Source: Octopus vulgaris
Taxonomy: Eukaryota
Reading direction: 5' to 3'
Assembly: GCA_951406725.2 (NCBI GenBank)
Contig: OX597826.1
Span: 48,980,001-49,044,000 of the forward strand
DNA: 64,000 nucleotides
Shown: piece after piece, positions 57,128 to 64,000 of the stretch
Numbering within the stretch: the stretch's first letter is position 1
Layout: the number at the start of each line of letters is the position of its first letter
Notes under the pieces: generated by a model
What the model was told of the DNA's origin: nothing
The model's input: only the letters and a program-made list of their open reading frames with translations
Databases searched by the model: none
Position numbers and translations under genes: made by a program

Positions 57128-57603
57128 AATAATAATATGTAATAATATATAATAATAGTCCACACTATGGGGTGGTTGGTGTTAGGAAGCACTTCCAGCC
57201 GTAAAAAACCATACCAAAACAGTATATATATATATATATAGGTTATAAAATGAGATAGGGGTTGAAAATTCAACCCACCATGGGATAATATATATCCAAT
57301 ATACTGCTAGATAGGTACCCAACAAAATTAATACATAGATGTTAAAAATTGTCAAACAATCAGTTCATCTATTGTATTATATGGGTAAAGGTAATAATAT
57401 TACCGTAAATTAATACTACAAAATTAGAGAATGGAGAAACATACTTAAATCAGTAAAACATCAACTATCCGATGATACTCAATCCATACTTTAATACACC
57501 ATTACATATGAGTAAAGGCAATATATAAAATGAAATGAGATATATAGTAATAGTAAAAAGATAAAGAGATATAAGTAAAAAATTTCAAATATAATATGCA
57601 AAT

Positions 57604-57729
57604 AAATCAAAACTGACAGCTGTTTCGGCAGTGAGGACAGTCATACCTCATATAACCTATAAGCCATAAAGGCAGGTATAAATGAGGCATTAACAAGGAT
57701 GCCCCACGGCCTCTTCAGAGAATTAAATT
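57604..57729 (-). ncRNA. Mirror copy of the hammerhead motif
   Basis: Plus strand reads CTGACAGCTGTTTCGGC...GGCCTCTTCAGAG. Confidence 0.8.
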
Positions 57730-59270
57730 AAATTTGTTATAATAGTGAAAAATATTATATAATCATATACATATAAATATAAAAATATAAAAATGTAAAA
57801 TATAAAAACTTATACATCATAATGCTACACTTATATAATATAATACACATTTGTACAAAAAAGGAAGGTAAACAGAACAAAATAAAACAAAATATATAAC
57901 AGTGTATATGATATTGTATAATATGTAATATATGAGAGCCTTTTGTGAGTTTGGTGGGTTTAGGTTGAGATTATAGGTTTTTTGTATGTGTTTATTTGGA
58001 AGGTTTTTATTGTATATTTGGTCTTTTTGTACTCACCTTAATTTGTATCTTATGCTATTCACTGATAAACCTTTTTCATTTTTTTCATTTTCTCATTTAC
58101 ATGCATTTTGCTTTATAATTATTACCAGCCTCATATATTTAGTTTATATCTATAGTCCTCTGGATCTGTACTTTAAACTATCCTTCCATACATATTTACT
58201 TTCAACAATATAACATATATATTCACTTTATTTATTTTTTATTTATTTTCCATTTTATTGTAATATTATCAATCTTTGCATCTAGTCTTCTATTTATTTA
58301 TTTATTTGCCTATTTAAGTGTAGATGTTTACATACATATTAAGTCATCTAATTTGTTACCTATTTATTTTTTACTTATTTACTTATACTGGGGTAGTTTT
58401 ATACATACATATCTATCATTTATTTTTATTTAATTTTAATAATATATGAATACATATATACTGGTTTGTACTTATAATTATGTGTATAACCGTATTTATT
58501 CCTTCGTATTTATTCCTTCTTATTTATTTTATCTCTTTTCATCTTAAGTCTTTATAATATAAAATTTATTTAAAATTTCTGTGATGTTCTCATAAGCGTT
58601 TACATTAATACTTCCCATTCTATTCTTTAATGCCTAAACTGGTATATTATGGCACTATATTTATTAAGTTAATAAGTGACTTATTTATAATATTTAAATT
58701 AATATATATTTTATATTTTATATTTTATAATTTAGCGTACTTAAAATCATAACAAACTTACGATAAATCTAACAACCGTATGTTTACTCTGCAACAAACC
58801 GGTGTTATAAATTTTAAGTTACCCATGAAATAATTATCTGAATTAGTAACATACTGATATTTAAAAATATATTTATATCTAAATTAAATATTTTATGGAA
58901 TGCATGGATGGTTCTTTTTTTGTTATTGAGGCACAGTTATAATTTTGAAGGACTAAATGGTAGCATAGTTGCTTCCCTTTTTGTTTATCTAAGTGCTAGT
59001 TGTTGCTTGTGATTATGTATGTGTATAAGTGTATGTATATACATATAACTATGTGTGTATGTGCGATTGATCTGTAGATGCGTGTGTGAATATTGGCGTT
59101 CCCTGACTAACCAACCGTATAATTTTCTTTTGTGATTTAAATTTCAAACCAATAGCCAATCGAATTAATCTAAATTTTCTTTACCTAGTGGTCAGCATTT
59201 CTTAACTCATAGTTATTTCGATCTTGAAAGGATGGACTTGGTGCTAACTTAACTGTATCTATTTTTATTA

Positions 59271-59342
<72 letters not shown>

Positions 59343-59671
59343 AGTAATTTTTATTAACTTTTATAGCTTTAGAATTTTATGAACTGTACCACGAATTTAA
59401 TTATTATTTTTCATCTCCATATGTGTTAGCCTTTTTTTTATAAAAAACTATTAGCCAAATATGTATAATATCGGTACTTATTAATATTAATATATACACT
59501 GTTATATATTTTGTTTTATTTTGTTCTGTTTACCTTCCTTTTTTGTACAAATGTGTATTATATTATATAAGTGTAGCATTATGATGTATAAGTTTTTATA
59601 TTTTACATTTTTATATTTTTATATTTATATGTATATGATTATATAATATTTTTCACTATTATAACAAATTT

Positions 59672-59797
59672 AATTTAATTCTCTGAAGAGGCCGTGGGGC
59701 ATCCTTGTTAATGCCTCATTTATACCTGCCTTTATGGCTTATAGGTTATATGAGGTATGACTGTCCTCACTGCCGAAACAGCTGTCAGTTTTGATTT
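59672..59797 (+). ncRNA. Type I hammerhead ribozyme motif with long stem II
   Basis: CTGAAGA 59683-59689; stem II 59690-59774; GAAA 59775-59778; C-AGCT-G stem III; GTC 59784-59786; stem I CT/AG plus interrupted extension. Confidence 0.8.
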
Positions 59798-60007
59798 ATT
59801 TGCATATTATATTTGAAATTTTTTACTTATATCTCTTTATCTTTTTACTATTACTATATATCTCATTTCATTTTATATATTGCCTTTACTCATATGTAAT
59901 GGTGTATTAAAGTATGGATTGAGTATCATCGGATAGTTGATGTTTTACTGATTTAAGTATGTTTCTCCATTCTCTAATTTTGTAGTATATATATATATAT
60001 ATATATA

Positions 60008-60190
60008 CTGTTGTATCTGGGGAAAGTCATTTTCATTTTGTGCCTTATAATTTAACACTCAGCAGTAAAATTTCCACTTATTTCTTTATATTTTCCTAAA
60101 ATTTTCGTTGTCTTGCAACCTTTTCAATTGTCTTGACTGTCCTTTATTTACGCTTCATTCCTTTTTGTTTGTCTGTGTGCATGTGTGTGT

Positions 60191-60225
<35 letters not shown>

Positions 60226-60393
60226 CATGCATGCATGCATATATGTATATATGCATAGAAATAAGCAGAAATTTTATCGGTGAGTGTATTAAATTATAAG
60301 GCACAAAAAGAAAATAACTCTCCCCAGACACAACAGAATATGCTTCAACACACGAACTCACATAAAGAATCTTGCAAACCAAATCCAAAAACG

Positions 60394-60397
<4 letters not shown>
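60008..60397. repeat. Diverged inverted repeat pair (60008-60086 / 60258-60340) around a microsatellite
   Basis: CTGTTGT.TCTGGGGA...TTTGTGCCTTATAATTTAA against TTAAATTATAAGGCACAAA...TCCCCAGACACAACAG. Confidence 0.7.
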
Positions 60398-60447
<50 letters not shown>

Positions 60448-60874
60448 ATTCATATATATATATAGAGAGAGAGAGTAAGTGAGTAAGTGTGTGCATATGT
60501 GTAAGCATGTATATTTGTGTCTGTGTATGCTTCTATATCAGCTGTATTGATTGATGCATCGAATAAAAGTACAATTATACATAGGTGTATGCATGTATGT
60601 ATATTTTTTTTTTATGGTCACACATCCACATGCATGTACATATACACATTGAGAAACAGGAGAAAGAAGAGAAAAAAAGAAAAGACAGAGACAGATTGAA
60701 AGCATTCTTCAAACCAACAGCAAAAATACACACGTACTCATACGCAGGCACACACTAACATACACACACTCACACACACATACGCATTGCCATATATATG
60801 CACAAAAAGCATGCACATTCATACATACGTATCATCATCACAATGTATGTATATATGTGTATATATATATATAC

Positions 60875-60905
<31 letters not shown>

Positions 60906-60937
60906 TATAACTATATATGTATATATACATATATACA

Positions 60938-60978
<41 letters not shown>

Positions 60979-61210
60979 GTATGTATATGTGTATATGTAT
61001 GTATGTGTGTATTTATGTATGTATGTATCCACACACATATATCAATAATAGCCATAGAAGTTGGATTGGATTGTGAGTTAAAAGAATATTTTTGTTTTCA
61101 GAAAAACCAGCTGTGTTTAATGTGACACAGGCTATTGTATTCATGATGTTAATTGTTAACAAATACGGATTTGCATACCCCATTACATCCATACATACAT
61201 TCATATGTAT

Positions 61211-61241
<31 letters not shown>

Positions 61242-61298
61242 CATATATACATATACATATATGTACAGACACATAAAGACAGGGAGAGAGAGAAGGAA

Positions 61299-61331
<33 letters not shown>

Positions 61332-61336
61332 ATATG

Positions 61337-61371
<35 letters not shown>

Positions 61372-61377
61372 TATATA

Positions 61378-61480
<103 letters not shown>

Positions 61481-61507
61481 TTATACATATATACGTATAT
61501 ATACATT

Positions 61508-61872
61508 GGAAATTGTAATTGTGGCCGATGCCAGTCCCGCCTGACTGTCACCCGTGCTGGTGGCACATAACAAGCACAATCCAAGTATGGGTCGATACCA
61601 GTGCCGCCTGATTGGCTTCCCATGCTAGTGGCACATAAAAACACCAACCGAACGTGGCCGATACTAGTCTCCCCCAAACAGCTCCTGTGCTGGTGGCACA
61701 CAAAAGCACCATCCAAACATGGTTCATGCCAGTGCTGCCTGACTGGCACCTGTGCCAGTGGCATGTAAAAAGCACCCTCTACACTCTCGGAGTGTAGAGG
61801 GTGCCAGTCTCCAGTCAAACCGTCCAACTCATGCATAGAAAACAGATGTTAAATGATGATAATAATAATGAT
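61508..61872 (+). mobile_element. SINE family C with four head units
   Basis: GGAAATTGTA.TTGTG 5' end shared with the copy ending at 34002; four GTGC.(G/A)GTGGCA....AA.CAC units. Confidence 0.85.
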
Positions 61873-61910
61873 GAGACAGGGGGAGAGAGAGAGGGAACGG
61901 TATATATAAA

Positions 61911-61953
<43 letters not shown>

Positions 61954-62284
61954 TCAGTAGGATCTTGGACAAGTGTATTTTACTATAACCTTAAGCTGAC
62001 CAATACCTTAGGAGTGGATTTAGTAGACGGATACAGAAAGCCAGTGTGTGTGTGTGTGTGTGTCTTAGTGTCTGTGTTTGTCCCTCACCACCACTTGACA
62101 ACCGGTGCTGGTTTGTTTACATTCCCATAACTTAGTTTTTTTACAAAAAGGACTGAGTTTAATTTATTCAACTAAAAACAGTTCATGACGATGCCCCAAC
62201 ATGGCCATAGTCTAATGACTGAAACAAATAAAAGTTAAAAGATATATGTATATGTATAAACATATCTATCTATATAGATGGATG

Positions 62285-62393
<109 letters not shown>

Positions 62394-62396
62394 ATT

Positions 62397-62432
<36 letters not shown>

Positions 62433-62483
62433 CATAGATAGATAGATAGATGGAGGATGGATGGATGGATGGATGGATGGATG

Positions 62484-62516
<33 letters not shown>

Positions 62517-62771
62517 GTAGAAATGTGTGTGTGTGTGTGTGTGGTGAATTTGTATGGGTGTGCATATATGAGTGCCTGTGTATGCATGTGTGTTTATTCA
62601 CACAGAGGAACCAGCAAGCTTTTATGGATGTATACATCAAGTGTTTATGAATATATGAGTATGTACATGTGTGCACTTCTGCATGTGTATATCAATATAT
62701 ATATATATATATATAGTGAACAAATGAAATGAAATAAAGAAAGAAATCATTATTATTATCAGTGTTGTTGC

Positions 62772-62807
<36 letters not shown>

Positions 62808-63178
62808 CATCATCATTTTTATTATTATCATTGTTGTCGTTGTTGCTGTTGTTGTTGTTGTTATTCAGCAGGCCTTAAAGAATGGCCCTCTCAAAGCTTT
62901 TAAACTCTCAATGTGCCCCATTGTCAGTACTCAGTGAACAATTGTAATTCAGAAAGGTGGTGGAAATCAATGAGGTCAAAGTAAGTGAAAGGAATGCGTA
63001 TGTATATACATACATACATACACACACACATATATGTATAGAAAGAGGATATATAAAGCAAGCTTCACACGGTACATGTGTGCGTTTGTGTGTGTGTGTG
63101 TGTCAATGTGTATGTGTCTATATAAGAGAAGAGTATGTATGTATGCATCCATCCATCCTTCCATACATACATACATTC

Positions 63179-63211
<33 letters not shown>

Positions 63212-63484
63212 GCATACAGGTATATCTAAAATACAGGTGTTCTTAGTCATATGGTAAGGTGTCAGCTAATCATGAAAATGTGCTGGTTGGGCAAGGGGTA
63301 AGGGTTGGAGTGGTGGAGTAGGTTTCAATGCATTTGGCGGCAGAGCATGTAGAATGGAGTAATATAATATTGCATGATTTACAAACAATTTTCAAAACTT
63401 TGGAAGATTCTTAAGGGATTGTTTTTTTAAATATCATTTTTCCTTTTCCTTTCCTGGTTAAACATCTTGCAAGTTAAATATTCT

Positions 63485-64000
63485 TTAATAGTCTTTTTTG
63501 CCGAACTGCTAAGTTACGGGGACGTAAACACACCACAATTGGCTGTCAAGCGATGTTGGGGGGGGGGACAAACACAAACACACACATATACATATACATA
63601 TAAGATGGTTTTCTTTCAGTTTCTGTCTACCAAATCCACTCGCAAGGTTTTGGTTGGCCCGAGGCTATAGTAGAAGACACTTACCCAAGGTGCCACGCAG
63701 TGGGACTGAACCCGGAACCATGTGGTTCGTACACAGGCTACTTACCACACAGCCGTTCCTACGCATATAGAAATATCTAAATATATATATATATATATTC
63801 ATGCATATATATTTTTATATACATGCATTGCAATATGCATGTACAGGAAGGTGGCAAACTGGCAGAAATGTTAGCATGCTGGGCCAAATGCTTAGTGGTA
63901 TTTCCTCTGTCTTTATATTCTAAGTTCAAATTCTGCCAAGGTCAACTTTGCCTTTCATCCTTTCAGAGTCAATAAATTAAGTACCAGTTGTGTACTGGGG
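63485..64000. mobile_element. SINE A (-, 63485-63765) and SINE B (+, 63849 to window end)
   Basis: Family motifs. Confidence 0.85.

Larger units (their letters stand above)
57241..59988. mobile_element. 2.75-kb AT-rich non-coding PLE-like element with a 497-bp inverted repeat
   Basis: 57413-57909 is the reverse complement of 59492-59988 (no mismatch seen by eye); one-sided extension 57241-57412; (TA)n at both ends; no credible ORF. Confidence 0.8.

Noticed and set aside
61553-61776. CRISPR-like repeat-spacer array
   Set aside because: The spacers are similar to one another, the units are part of a dispersed eukaryotic SINE, and there are no cas genes

Overview
Eukaryotic, extremely repeat-rich non-coding window with no intact multi-exon gene. 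Almost every ORF in the supplied track is a translation of a microsatellite ((TA)n, (CA)n, (AAT)n, (GAT)n, (GATA)n, (GGT)n). Repeat content and SINE style suggest an octopus (coleoid cephalopod) genome; this is inference. The window holds dozens of tRNA-derived and RTE-related SINE copies, decayed LINE fragments (RTE, CR1, L1/Tx1, R4/Dong-type), a dead Tc1 transposase and a Helentron-type non-autonomous element. The main hidden signal is a set of at least six different non-coding Penelope-like (PLE-type) repeat families that mostly sit in (TA)n tracts, form head-to-head inverted duplications and carry minimal type I hammerhead-ribozyme motifs. These include an intact-looking one with an ~85-nt stem II in a 497-bp inverted repeat (57.4-60.0 kb) and one with a compensatory G3:C8 core swap (31.05 kb). 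A TATA promoter candidate with Grainyhead/Ets/GC-box/ZEB-type motifs and a short first exon lies at 37.7-38.0 kb. All alignments were done by eye, so repeat boundaries are approximate.
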